Source: Tubulanus polymorphus
Lineage: Eukaryota > Animalia > Nemertea
Assembly: GCF_964204645.1 (NCBI RefSeq)
Contig: NC_134034.1
Coordinates: forward strand, 7,042,914-7,106,913
DNA length: 64,000 bases
Direction of reading: 5' to 3'
Positions 11,892 to 24,496 of the stretch are shown here, in pieces (the first letter of the stretch is position 1; each line of letters opens with the position of its first letter). A program made the position numbers and the translations under genes. The notes beneath the pieces are model-generated. The model saw nothing but the letters and a program-made list of their open reading frames with translations, was not told the origin of the DNA and did no database searches.

Positions 11892-12514
11892 ATACACTAA
11901 TATCATCACCGAGTCACTGTACTATATATAGACTCACTCATGTGATTACTAACACACACAGCAGCCATATAGTACTGTAACCTATATTCGTACTGTAACC
12001 TATATTCGTACTGTAACCTATATTCGCACACACTTGACTGACCGCTGAAGCGTGTATATACAAATGTATTAGTGACGTGGTATTAAATTGACCGCAATTT
12101 CACAAGTCAGAATCCATCCATCCACAAAATGTCAAAAAATACAAACAAATACTGACTTTTTGTTTTTTTTTCATAAAAATCATGACAAATACTGGCTATG
12201 ATTTTTTTTTCTTAACATACAAATAAATACCGAGCGGAAGACCCGCTACAAACCCTGGATAGGGTATGTGTTGTTTCATATCAGAGGTTGAAAGGTTGAG
12301 TGAGTGAAAAATAAAAATAAATTGGAGCGTGTGACCAAACAATTGAATAAGTGTATAAGTGTTGGGACAGACAAACTTAGTTTTCTACCTTGCCGTAACA
12401 AAGAAAACATCGCTTTCCTTCCTTTGTTTGCCGCCCACTTAATATGGGCTTTGAAACTACCGAAGTAACACCCAAGTAACAATATTCAGGCACTGTATCA
12501 ACTGTCTGATTACA

Positions 12515-13470
12515 TACTATTAAACGCCCCCTGTTGACCACATAGAATAACTAATGTCTTTCAAACTCACCACAATCATAGACCATGTCATGAGCTACAA
12601 CGTTCCAATTGATTGTGGTAACAAAATAGGCATAGGTACGAATATAATATAGAAATACTAAGTTATTAAATTATTCAACGCCCCCACGTTATGGGCTACA
12701 ACTTTCTAATTGAATGTGGTAAAAAATTATGCTTAGATATCAATATAATATGGAAAAACTTTTTCCCACCTACGAATTAGTACTGATGACACCAAGATGG
12801 CCGCCAATTGCGCCATAATTGGCTGATGAAAAATACCTGTCTCAGGTATAAAATTTCCCTTTCCAAAAATACCCATCACAAATTGCAATGAGAAATGGCA
12901 AACCAGTAGGAAGCTACAGGACCTAGAATTCGGGAAAAAATTGACATTGGGCACTAAAAAGGTCGTAGGATGGCCATCTTAAGTCCGATCGACCCAATTT
13001 TCTTATGCTGATGGGCCCTAGGGGGATTCAAATATATACGAAAGATCAAGGTAATTGATCAAAGCATCTTCAAAATTTCCCTCAAAAAGGTCAAAAATGT
13101 GTTATGAAACATGGCACACCATTAGAAAGCTACAGTACTCAGAATTCAGGCCAAAATTGACATTTTTGGGAACAAAAAAGGTTACAGTACGGCCATCTTG
13201 AGTCCGATCGACCCAATTTTTCTCATGCCGATGGGCCCTCGGGGGATACAAATATATACGAATGATCAAGGTTATTGATAAAAGTGTCTTCAAAATTTCC
13301 CTCGAAAACTTTTAAAATGTGTAAAAAGATTTTGGCGAACAACAATGGCTGCCAGTCGGCCATCTTGAATCTGACAGGGCCAGTTTTTGGCCTGAAGATG
13401 TGTCTAGGGTAGATACACGTATAAAACAAATATCAAGACATTACCTTGAAGCGTCTTCAAAACTTTGGAA
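12515..13470. repeat. Complex repeat with ~150-220 bp internal units; related units at 17120-18660
   Basis: Recurrent AAACTCACCACAATCATAGA.CATGTCA..GCTACAAC..TTGATTGTGGTAACAAAATA units; 12905-13100 duplicated at 13125-13320. Confidence 0.7.
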
Positions 13471-13539
13471 CTCTCACGAACTATCTAGATGGTTATCTCT
13501 CGACCTCAATAGCTTCAAGACCCATCTCAAAACAACTTT

Positions 13540-15442
13540 GTTCCATGCAGCATACCATTAACTCTCGGAAAGCGAATTGTATTTAACATTTTTTTGGCAG
13601 AATAAAATTGATTGAATTTGCAATTCGGGCACATGGCTAATTAGCATATCACCCGATTTGGTAAAACTTTTTTTTAGCGAACCTTGCGCAATTGTCAAGG
13701 ATGAATTTTCTGTAGAGCAAATAAAAATTCCTCCCAAACACCAAATCAACTAAAGATTTCATAGAAATCGATCTTGAAATACAATTTTAAATCTTGAAAT
13801 AAAACCCGGAAGTAAAACAGTAGACGATACCGCAGGTTCACGTGAACACCTGATTTCTGTAAACGAAATGTTGGTTGTGACAAAATTGTTCAGACGGTTT
13901 TAGGTGGTAATAAGTACGGAAACGTAACGACCATGGTCGACTTATTCGATGAAATCAGGCCTATGTGATATCCAAATTTTGACTTTTTTATTCTCCAGAC
14001 CTCCCTGATATAGAAATAAAAAATCTTGGTGGTACGAAAGTGCAATCACAGCGCCGACGGGGACAGAGCCTTGTCAGAGATCGGCGGAGTGAAAATTGAG
14101 GTGGACGAACACAAAGAAGTAGGCTATTGCGCTACTTGAATCACGAAAACTCCTGGCGCGGCCCCGACGCTTTTCGTTGATTAAGTAATACAAATATCAT
14201 GCAATGGGTTTTCACAATCTACTGCTGGTATTTACCGGATTTCAATATCACTCCAAAATTCAAAGAAACCTCGAAATATCGAACCGGAACACTTCCGGTA
14301 GATATCCGCGGCTGCCCAACCGGGAAACTTATTAGTTTCAATAGATATTGATAGGATCCATCATCTTCACCCGTCAAGGGATTCGAACCCACTAAGCTAC
14401 AGCCATGCCAGAATCGGGTCGGGCCAATCACAGCGCTTGTAACAAACCACATTAGGCTTCTGTGGAATTTCCCAGTAAATGGGCCAATCAGCGAACACGT
14501 AGCGAACGCGGAAGTATTGTCGCGTGTTGATACATGAAGTCATGCGCAAAAGCGCCAGTAATGAAATCGCGATAATTCACGTGAACAGCTGCTGATATTT
14601 TCAGATAAACCAATCACAGGGAAGACACAACTTCCTGACGTGATTTGTTCGAATATGCCCTCACTTGGCAAGCAAAAGAGCCTTTTGTGTGGAAACCATG
14701 TCATTTAAATTCGCTCCATTTGTATAGTAATAGGCTCAGCCTACGGCTGGCCTAAAAATCCACCTTATATATGAACCTAAAGATCATCCGAGTTTATCAA
14801 GAGGAGTGATTTGCCTTATTTCTGATCAGGGAGGCTAAAAATCTAGATATAAGATAATTGAATTTTGATGTTTTATCTGGTAAATAAAGTATAATTGAAT
14901 TGGATTTTATATTTTTTGCATAATAAAGTTTGATTGAGTTTTGATTGAGCACATGGCTAATAGGCATATTAAGGTCATCCGTGCGATTTGAGAAGTTCAC
15001 TATTTTCTCTGGACTTAGCATAGTTGTCAATGATATTGCTGAAGTGCAAATAAAAATATTCCTTCCAAAAACAAGGTCAACTAATATAATCACAGAAATC
15101 GATCTTGAAATAAAACCCAAAAACAGTAGACGATATCGCGGTTTCACATGAAGACCTGCCGATTTCAGCGGCTAAGCCAATCATAGAGGAGTCTCTGTTT
15201 TCTGATTGGCCTTCTAGAACCGATATTTTTACGTTCAGATTTTCGCGAATAAGTTCAACTTTTAACCAGGCCCTTTTTTAAAATCCAGTGTACTAGGATT
15301 TGGAGAATGGATAATGCTTTAATGAATGAATTGTACGAGCGTATGCTCAGCTGGACAGTCAAAGGGCCTTGCTCTGGAACCATGTCATTGAAATTCGCTC
15401 CATTTGTATAGTAATAGGCTCTGCCTACGACTGGCCTAAAAA
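13540..15442. repeat. Two tandem diverged copies of a non-autonomous element ending in a hairpin plus A-run (Helentron/HINE-like)
   Basis: Shared ends AAATTCGCTCCATTTGTATAGTAATAGGCTC.GCCTACG.CTGGCCTAAAAA at ~14710-14758 and ~15391-15442; 13590-13850 matches 14915-15160. Confidence 0.55.
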
Positions 15443-15676
15443 AGCGGACAAAGTTGATTGAAAGTGATGGCATAGGAAAGATACACCTCAGGTCCACCGT
15501 CTCTCAAAGGAAACACATCAAATGGAGGTAAACAGAAAGGGATAGCTAAGGACAGTGAAATAGACTTGTGTTAGAGTTAACTGCCAAAACCGCTCTATGT
15601 AAAATCAGATGAGCTGGGACTTCACCCAGTTTATTGATGGCTCCACGATATTCTACAACTTCTACAAGATTCATAC

Positions 15677-15860
15677 CTTTATTCTTATTCGCATCAGTGT
15701 AAGAGAATCCTGGAGCTTGGCCAGTTTTGCGCCCGAGTAAACCATGTAAGTTTGGGCCAGTCTTGTGCTTTCCACCTTTTTCAACTGTGTGACATTGATC
15801 GCATCGCTGCTTAAAAACCTTTGCACCTTTTATAGGATCTCCAGCTGGAATCTCGGCCAT
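15677..15860 (-). CDS. CYCS: Cytochrome c, first coding exon
   Basis: Acceptor ttattcttcag|caATG; [61 protein letters not shown](G); CxxCH heme motif; donor AAG|GTATGA; the two exons total 330 nt = 109 aa plus stop. Confidence 0.97.
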
Positions 15861-18109
15861 TGCTGAAGAATAAAGCATAAACAGTTTTGGCTGCAGTTTT
15901 TACTTGTTCATGTAATTTCATTTTCAAATGCACGATTCCATTTTTGGAGAACCCTTAAAGAAAGCCATTTGTTCATCAGTTTAGAATGAACAGTTGCTGA
16001 ATTAAACCAACCATTTTTAACTCATTTGCACTCAATTTTTTGAAGCAGTGGCACCTGGTGCCCTGAAAATCCATTAAAAAAAAATTATTGAATCATTAGT
16101 TTTAATTCTTATTCATACTATATTATTTATTGTTGATTATATTGCTTTTCTTAGGTAACAATTAATTTTCAAAACCCCTTATTACAATTTATGATTCATT
16201 ACGTATAATTTCAAGATTTTATCATCCTTAAATTTAACTAGAAAGAAACTATATGGACGTTCGTTTACGAAATGCATGTAGACCCAGACACCTGCCACAT
16301 TGATTGAAAAATTTGAACACCGGATACTGGAGTGTCATCCTACTGCGCAATTCTGAAATCATTCCTTGGGATTAAAGAAGCGACCATAAATTCTTCCATA
16401 AGTTTTACAGTTATCAAAAAAATTGAACAAGAGGCCAGTCAAGGTTTGTTTTAAGTTAGTTCTCATGAGATTGATGAATGCAAGTGGATCTAGGGGTTGG
16501 ACTAATCCTACAATTCAGAATTTGAATGTGCCTGCCAAAGACTACTTGAATAGATTTTCTAGGCAAAAACAAATCCAAATTGCATAAAATACCCCATTTG
16601 TTCCCATATATTCGGTCTTTGGAGGACCAAAGAACACCACCAATGTTTCCCTTGCACTTAGAAAACCATAAAATAAAAGTAGTCAGAGTATTAATGGCAA
16701 GAAAACTTGAGTAAGATATTTATTAAACAAATTTTATCAAGTGTGTGTCTGCCATATGATGTTTCATCTAGGTTGTTTCCTAAAAATTATTTAAAGAACA
16801 AAAACAACCACAACAAACATTTCAATACATGTCCCCTGGACAAAAATTATTTCAGAGCCTAGAAAACGTAACACTTGATTGTACAATCTAAGGACATAGC
16901 TATGGCTTGAGTTGAAAAATCATTGGGCAAAAGGCCATTTTTTTCAACTTGAAAAAACAATCCAAAAAGTTTTGGCGCCAAAAAAATCAAATCTGTTGTG
17001 AGGTTTGTTTACACATGTGCGCAATGCACGTGGTTAAATTATCGTTTACATCTGATGTCATTGGCCGATCGCAAGCCCCACCCCACGTGTCAATCAAATG
17101 GCTTATAGGCAAAATGTTAAGAACCCTACTAAAACTAGGGTTCCAGGGACATCATGCCCACTTGGGGAGTAGTTTCAAATGCTCAACAATCTAACAATTT
17201 CAATATTCAATGCACCCTGGTGACCATATACAAAAACCAAAGGCCTTGAAACTCACCACAATCATAGAACATGTCAGCAGCAACGATTTTGTAATCGATT
17301 GTGATAACAAAATATGCCTTCTTACCAATTTAATATGGAAATACTAAGTTATTCTACTACAGAGCTGCCAACCCCTGAAATTGTTTTGAGGGACAGAGAT
17401 CCCCATTTTTTGGGACAGCAATCAATTTTCAAGAACATCCAAAAATTTTAGCATTTCAGATTTTAACTTAAAATCGAGCATTATCTTGTGCCCAGGTGAA
17501 GAGAGCGGCATCATGGAATAGTCTAGTACCTAGCCATCGTTCGATAAACAACAGTTGTTAAAGGGAACCATAACAACGACTGTTTTCCAGACTACATGAA
17601 TCATGAATGAATGTTTCTTAAAATTCACAGACTGGAAATCTAACTCAATGCATGGGAAAGTGAAGTACTGACTGCTAGCGCCAGTGAACATTCGCTTACT
17701 ATATTCACTCGCAATGTATATCGATTACATATACTGCTAAGAAGATATATACTGCTAAAGAGCCAACTTTCCATTGAAAACATTAAAATTAATAACTAGG
17801 GGTCCAGGGACACCTTGCCCACTTGGGAAGTGATTTCAAATGCTCATCAATCTAACAATTTCAATATATGACGACCCCTGGTGACCATAGACAAAAACCA
17901 ATGACCTTGAAACCCACCACAATCATAGAACATGTCAGCAGCTACGATTATGTAATTGATTGTGATAACAAAATATGCCTCGTTACCAATTTAATATGGA
18001 AATACTTAGTTATTCTACTATTCAATGCCCCGTGGTGACCATATTCAAAACCCAATGACCTTCAAGCTCACAAAAATCATAGAACATGTCATGAACTACA
18101 ACTTTGCAA

Positions 18110-18423
18110 TACGGCAAATTCAAGTTCTGGAATTACTCGTTTGATGGCGCTAGTCAGAACCGGAAATTGGAACCTAAATCCGCCATGTTCTAGTTCATTT
18201 GCTATAAAAATCTCTCGCTTCAAGTTTTTAGTTAGCGATATTTTACTTACTATACAAAGGCACGCATAATCCTTTAAGTATGATATCGCTCATTGAAAAC
18301 TTGAAGTTAGAGATTTTCATTGCAAATGAACTAGAACATGGAGGATTTAGGTTCCAATTTCCGGTTCTGACTAGCGCCATCGAACGAGTAATTCAGGAAC
18401 TTGAATTTGTCGATATCCCGTAT
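18110..18423. mobile_element. MITE with ~120-bp terminal inverted repeats
   Basis: CAAATTCAAGTTC..GATGGCGCTAGTCAGAACCGGAAATTGGAACCTAAATCC..CTTCAAGTTTT is mirrored at 18296-18410. Confidence 0.85.
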
Positions 18424-19525
18424 TGATCATGGTAACAAAATATGCCTAGGTACCAATACAATAAGGAAATACTAAGTTATTCTACTATTCAACGCCCCCT
18501 GATGATCATATAGAATAACTAATGTCCTTAAAACTCACCACAATCATCGATGATGTCATGAGCTACAACTTTGCAATTGATTGTGGTAACAAAATATACA
18601 ATGGTACGAATATAATATAGGCCTATAGAAATAAATACCAAGATATTGTATTATTCAATGCCCCATAGGCTATAGGTTAACAGGTCTTTAAGGCGTTAAC
18701 AAGACGTGTCTAAGCGAAAACTCCATCGGTATCGTCATACCTGCTAGTTCGGATACCGAATTGAATAGCCTACTTGGTTATATTCGTAACACCAAACAAA
18801 TCATATGCGAACATACAATACCTAGTCGAATGAAATTCGTGCCATTTAGTTTTGGGTTCCGTGTTGGGATTTCCCTTAATGGGCCTTCCCAATTACATCA
18901 GAAGCGCCAAAATTTCCGGAATTTCCTGTAGGCCTATATCCCACAAACAGCCAATCAAATTCATTGTAGCTCAGGTAACAAGGTCAACTCAGATAAATAG
19001 AAGCGAAAAAATTTAGGGGGTTTATAAAGTAAGGGCCTGTAGGTCGAAAAGTTAACCGAGATGAGTCGCACAAAAAACGGCAACACTTCCAGGAAGGATC
19101 GAACTATATATTTCAATTCCAAGTATGAAAATTGGCATAGGCCTATGTAGAAAAGTGTCATTACTTGGGCTAAAAAGCAGGGTTTTTACGTTTTTTCAAG
19201 AATAAGTCCCCTAAAAATGACTCGATCACAATGGAATTTTTGGGGGCTTGAGGACTCATTAAGCCAAACCATGACTCCAAAAATCAACACTATTGGCTCA
19301 ATAGCCAATGTTTGTGCCTTGTTGACACACCAGTACTCTATTAATTTTCAATGAAAACTGCTTCACCAGACCGTTTGCATAGACAAACCTACGGTTCGCC
19401 AAAATTTTAGTTTTCTAGTCATAACCATAGAAACCAAATTATAACAATCTATAGGCCTAATAGATATTCCTAAACTTAAGGCAAACATAAAATATCAATA
19501 ACGAGTCATTCTTTACCCTATAATA

Positions 19526-20733
19526 CAGGGCTGCCAAACTTTCAAAATTCCATTTAGTGATGAATGGCAGATTAATTTGGAATGTTGAAGGTTTCAATAG
19601 GAATATATCGAAACCGAAGAAATTGTGACTTTTCCAAGTAGGAATATTTTGCTTTCAATTAGGAATAACTTTCACTTGTAATATATGAAAGCTGGATATG
19701 AAAATATGGAATTATCTATTAGCAAAATAAAAAATCAGCAAATTCTACAATATGTATTTTTTCTTTATTATTTTATGAAAGATAAAAATCAACTGTGTTT
19801 ATCAAAAATATACAATAGACTAAAAAATAAGAACATAATACTGGCATAAATTGTCAAACGAATTACATAACACTACACAGCTGTCATGCGAATATATCAA
19901 TTTCCAGCATCAATTCCACGATACTGTCCCAGAGAGATTCCATGTACTGAACTGAAAGATACAAACAGTAAAAAGTCTCTAAATCTACATGCAACTCGAT
20001 GGTGCTGCCATCTGCCAAATATGCGAACTAAAAGTTTACTTTGAGATGCACTGCTCAAAAGCATCTTAAATTATCTTTTTAAATCAAACTAATACAAGAG
20101 TGACAACATTAAGGTTCAAACTAACAAAGCAATTGCTTACCAAAACATTTCAACCACAAATAACGAGTCCACACGTTGAAATCTAACCCGGATCTTCGAA
20201 TGCTCATCCCGCTGCGAAAACGAGCTAATTACCGCAGTAAACCGATTCTTCTCCGAAACGATGCGGAGCAATTTGACAATAACAATCACATTTTGCCACA
20301 TGTCATATTTTCACAAGAATGATTTAAAACAACGTATTTTAAAACGAATGAACTTTATTTTGATTCTTGTAACAAATTAAGAAGCTGCTCTCCTACTACG
20401 AAATAATTGTGCGCCATGCGTAGATAAAATCAATAACACAGCTACTCTCATACACACACACACACGCGCTAGTAAGCGCTGTTTATCGCCTGACCTACGT
20501 ACACAGTATATATAGCGACGCACTCATCCACCGCGCGCGTGCATGTAAATTCCCCACCTATTCAATTCTGTTCTACCAAGTCATCATATTGTGTTACAAC
20601 GCGCTGGCGGGTGGAAAATCAGACATCGCCGAAAAAGGAAAAAAAAAAATCAGAATTTTGTATACCCGATCGTCGGAATTTCTTCACACAAATCGGGAGG
20701 ATTCCGAATAATTCGGGAGGGTTGGCAGCCCTG
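19526..20733. mobile_element. Non-autonomous hAT-like DNA transposon
   Basis: TIRs CAGGGCTGCCAA / TTGGCAGCCCTG; 6-bp flanking duplication ATAATA. Confidence 0.75.
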
Positions 20734-20844
20734 ATAATATTATAACTTTTGATTTCAGTTTGATATATTTTCATTATTTTACCGTTTTTCGGCTGGTCTC
20801 CATGGAAACTGTGGGCATTTGGGCCAAAATAACGGTCCCCGTAT

Positions 20845-21510
20845 TACCGAGATGACATGAAATATAACTTTTTTATTTATTCCTTATCATTTTAACACTT
20901 GCAATCATATTATACAGTAATAAATACCTGCCAAAGTAATATTTTACATATTTTGTCGGATATTTTTGCAGGAAAATAATTTTTAACTTTACCGAGATTA
21001 GATCGTCGATCAATCAATTTCAATAACATTTATTGCTTACCGAGATGACGTATTTGAAGTCAATTTATTGCTTTTACATGGACAAAATTTGTACTGAAAT
21101 GTATCTTTTGCATTGTCATCCATATGAAATTAGTTTTGGGGTGAAATTTTTTGATTTCTTGTGTATTTATGACATAAAGTTACGAGATCTCCTTGCGAGC
21201 AATTCAATATATTTATTGTTACTTCACCGAGATGACATCACAAGTTAATTTCACTTCAGATTTCCGTGAAAAATAAAATTGTCTTACTTTGTCCTATGAT
21301 ATTCGGTACAAATTACTTAAATATTGCATTTATATTGTATTTTTCTCAACGAATTTCGATCTCAGATTAAAAGTTATTTTTCCACAAAATATGTAAAATA
21401 TCACTCTAGCAGGTATTTATTACTGACATGACACGATTTCAAGCGTTAAAACGGTTAAGAAATTAACAAAAATGCTATATTTCATGCCATCTTGGTTCAT
21501 CTCGGTAAAT
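20845..21510. mobile_element. Non-autonomous DNA transposon with ~115-bp diverged TIRs
   Basis: CCGAGATGACATGAAATATA..AATAAATACCTGC..TTTTACATATTTTGT mirrored at 21381-21495; repeated CCGAGATGAC motifs. Confidence 0.65.
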
Positions 21511-21526
21511 TATGTCATCTTGGTTA

Positions 21527-21626
21527 CCGTATTTTCCGGTGTAGCCTACAAGTCGACCCGGTGTATAAGACATTTTGGACATGATTTTTGGTCTCAAAAA
21601 CTCGACTTATACACCGGAAAATACGG
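21527..21626. mobile_element. 100-bp Tc1/mariner (pogo-like) MITE
   Basis: TIR CCGTATTTTCCGGTGTA / TACACCGGAAAATACGG with TA TSD. Confidence 0.85.
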
Positions 21627-21719
21627 TATTAGGACCCAAAATAAAATTTTTTGGTCCTTTAAGTTTACCTGAAAGTGCTGTGAATGTACTGCTCTTAAAA
21701 TGTTTAGTCTCATCTCGGT

Positions 21720-23185
21720 AAAAGTGAAGATCAGCACCTCTCGTGATTGATGCAATTCATTGAATTATAAGTCACTGTTCTAGCTTCAGAATGCCTCACG
21801 GAATACAATGCAGTGATTTAATTTATGATATCTTCACTTGAAAGTTGGTTTATGGCCGTTTACTTTTCTCAGAATTGTGGCAATCTTTCAATAGGACGCC
21901 ATATCGGATTGGGAAATCTTAAGTGAAGATTTGTCTTGAAGATTTGTCTTAAGTATTTGCAGAAACGTTATCAGTGCATAAAACTAATCAAATTTCTGTA
22001 AACTGTCACCGGGGTTATTAACGCTACCCAAATTGTCTGATGTATTTGTAGTTAGTTACCTAATCGTTGGTGGTAAGCTTTTTATAATCGGATGGGCTTA
22101 TACCAACGTTAGGGATGACAAGGACCAAAACACGGTTGAAAAAAGTAACACTTCAAAAATATACTTTCTATTCACTTCAGTCCACAATTAATGGCTTAAT
22201 TCACAAACTAACACAGGTACCTTTCGAAATAATCCAATTTTATGTATGTTTCGAGTGATTAATCAACATTATTTTGAGAAATTAATTAATTTCTCCACAA
22301 ATTTCGCCATTGGCCGCCATTTCTCTGTATTGCACATGTGGCATGATAAGACAAGGGGACCTACAAGGATTTATATAAAACTTCCAAGACGAAACGACAA
22401 TTTTTATTTTTGATGGTTTTCCAACTTTTATTTCAAGTCTTCGTGTTTTCCATAATAAATAATGAAATAATAAATTTCTGGTAAAAGAAAAATGTGAATA
22501 AGTGTTGATTTTTTAATTTTTTTAAATTTCGTCGTTTCGCTTTGTTAGTTTGTGCTGTTGTCCTGGCCTCAGTCCACAGGTGCCAGCACCTCCAGTAATT
22601 TTCAAAATGGCAGCTGTTGACTGGACGGAAATTTACTCTCACTTTACGGCTGATTTGCACATGGATTAAGATCGTCAGGTGAGGTGTTATAGGTATCAGA
22701 CAAACTACGAATCTGTTGTGCGTCGATTACAACAAAAATGAGACAGATATCATAAGAGACAATGAAATGCCAGGCAAATTACTCGTCAGTCAAATTGGCT
22801 GACGAAGATTTCATACAAAAATGACCTTCCCATTCCTGACTGTGGTTTGTGAAAATATCCGATCGTGAAACTAAACCACAGTCAGGTTACTGACTAATGT
22901 ATTTGTTGAAATTGACAAGAAATCTTTATTCTTCCTCAAATTGAGTGGTTCATGAAACATTGTTTCAGCAAATATTCTAAACAAATCTTTACTTTCGATA
23001 TACCCATCCAATACGGCGTCTAGTTCGAAAATTGTGACGATCTCGAGACAAAATCCAAGCTAAAAAGATACTTGCAAGTGAAGATATCGTAAAATAAATC
23101 AGTACTGAATTGCTGATTCTAAAACAGTGATATTTAAAGTAATTGATTGAACCGTTTACGAGAGGTGCGGATCTGCGCTTTTACC
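21720..23185. repeat. Old element with ~200-bp diverged inverted ends
   Basis: 21727-21920 is the inverted counterpart of 22997-23178 (GCACCTCTCGT, GATATCTTCACTTG, GACGCC.TAT.GGAT). Confidence 0.55.
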
Positions 23186-24496
23186 CTAAGCTCTATTACT
23201 TCAGACGATATAGAAGTTTGTTAAAATGAAGTAGTATTTTGGCTTTGAACTTAGATGCCAGTTTTTATGTAAGGCTGAAGCATGAACTCTTTTCGCTCAA
23301 ATTTTCTAACTTTAATTTGCAATATCTCAAACACGACTGAAAATAATTAAAAAATTTTGCAGGCATACGGTTATTCGAGGCCTCCCCGTTCCAACAAGCT
23401 TACTTTCAGTGAGATTACTAGTCGGATAGATAAGAGCAATTTGTTGAAATATATGTTATGTAGCCGGCGCATTTATTCATCAGAAGTTACATCAAAATGG
23501 GAGTTTGCGGCTGAGTTATTCACGAAGTTTTGACTTAAACACATATAAGGCGTTTAATGCTTTCAACGTGGAAATCAATAAGTAAGTTTTTTTTACCGAA
23601 TAAAAAAAGATTAGCGATTCACCACACACGAACACACCGCAGAGGCTCCAATCCAAAGCACTTCGTCCGGAAAAGGTCAGGTGATGTAACCTAAGGTTTC
23701 TATGACGTTAGTGGTTAAAACTAAAATATGGAAAATGGATTGTATTTCGCTACAGTTTGTAGGTGGACTGGTTACCGGTATCTATCTTCGATACAGACTG
23801 ACTGCCACCTTCGGTTTTCTGAGTTAGTCGACTATAGTCGAACTAAACGAAACCGAATGTCCGATAGTCGGAACTTTATTCCGGAAATAGTTCGAAAATC
23901 AAGCGCATTCGGTTATTAGTTCCGACCCAACCACTAGTCGACTAGATAGGAAAACCGAATTTGGCCCTGCCCTGTCCAATTCTGCGGCACCGAGGCGCAT
24001 GTTTAAAATCGGTTTGTAAATAAACCTCAGCATTCGCATCTTCACCGGTCAAGGGATTCGAACCCACTACGCTAAAGCTGTTCCCCGAACCCCTTGACCT
24101 CACGAGTCGTTGGAGTCGTTACTAGCCGACCAGAATCCGGTCGTACCAATCACAGCGCTTGTAACAAACCGTCAGTAGACTTCTGTTGGTTTTCCCGTTA
24201 AATTGTCCAATCAGCGAACGTTTTACCGAACAAGGAAGTATTTCGCAAATTGATATATAACGTCACGCGCAACAGTGCCAGTAATGCCAACAGCGCTTCG
24301 TGAGGCCACGGGGCTGGTGGAAGCCGAGTTCGGGAGTGATACCGGACCCCTGGCAAGCGAGGATGCAGCATTCGCTATTTTCAGTTGAAATGGGAAAGGC
24401 AACCAGTCTATTGTAGCGAAAATGTCACAACCCAAGTGGCAATCACCCCGTATTCAAACTATTATAAATTGAAGATTTCAGAGGTGGCACGATGAT

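Noticed and set aside
14365-14400. tRNA genes suggested by B-box GGTTCGAA(T/C)CC (also ~24055, ~24870, ~34250, ~42495)
   Set aside because: No cloverleaf or acceptor stem can be built; these are B-box-like motifs within repeats and LTRs.
15546-15878. Single-exon 110-aa cytochrome c from the ORF track
   Set aside because: Homology ends at a GT donor; the true C-terminus is at 5058-5203 and the start is the ATG at 15860.
20135-23710. Cytochrome c 5' UTR exon and promoter candidates (donor at 20140; donor at ~23622 near AAGGTCA, TGACGT and CCGGAA motifs)
   Set aside because: An upstream exon is likely, but the first candidate lies inside a hAT-like element and the second rests only on short motifs; transcript data are needed.
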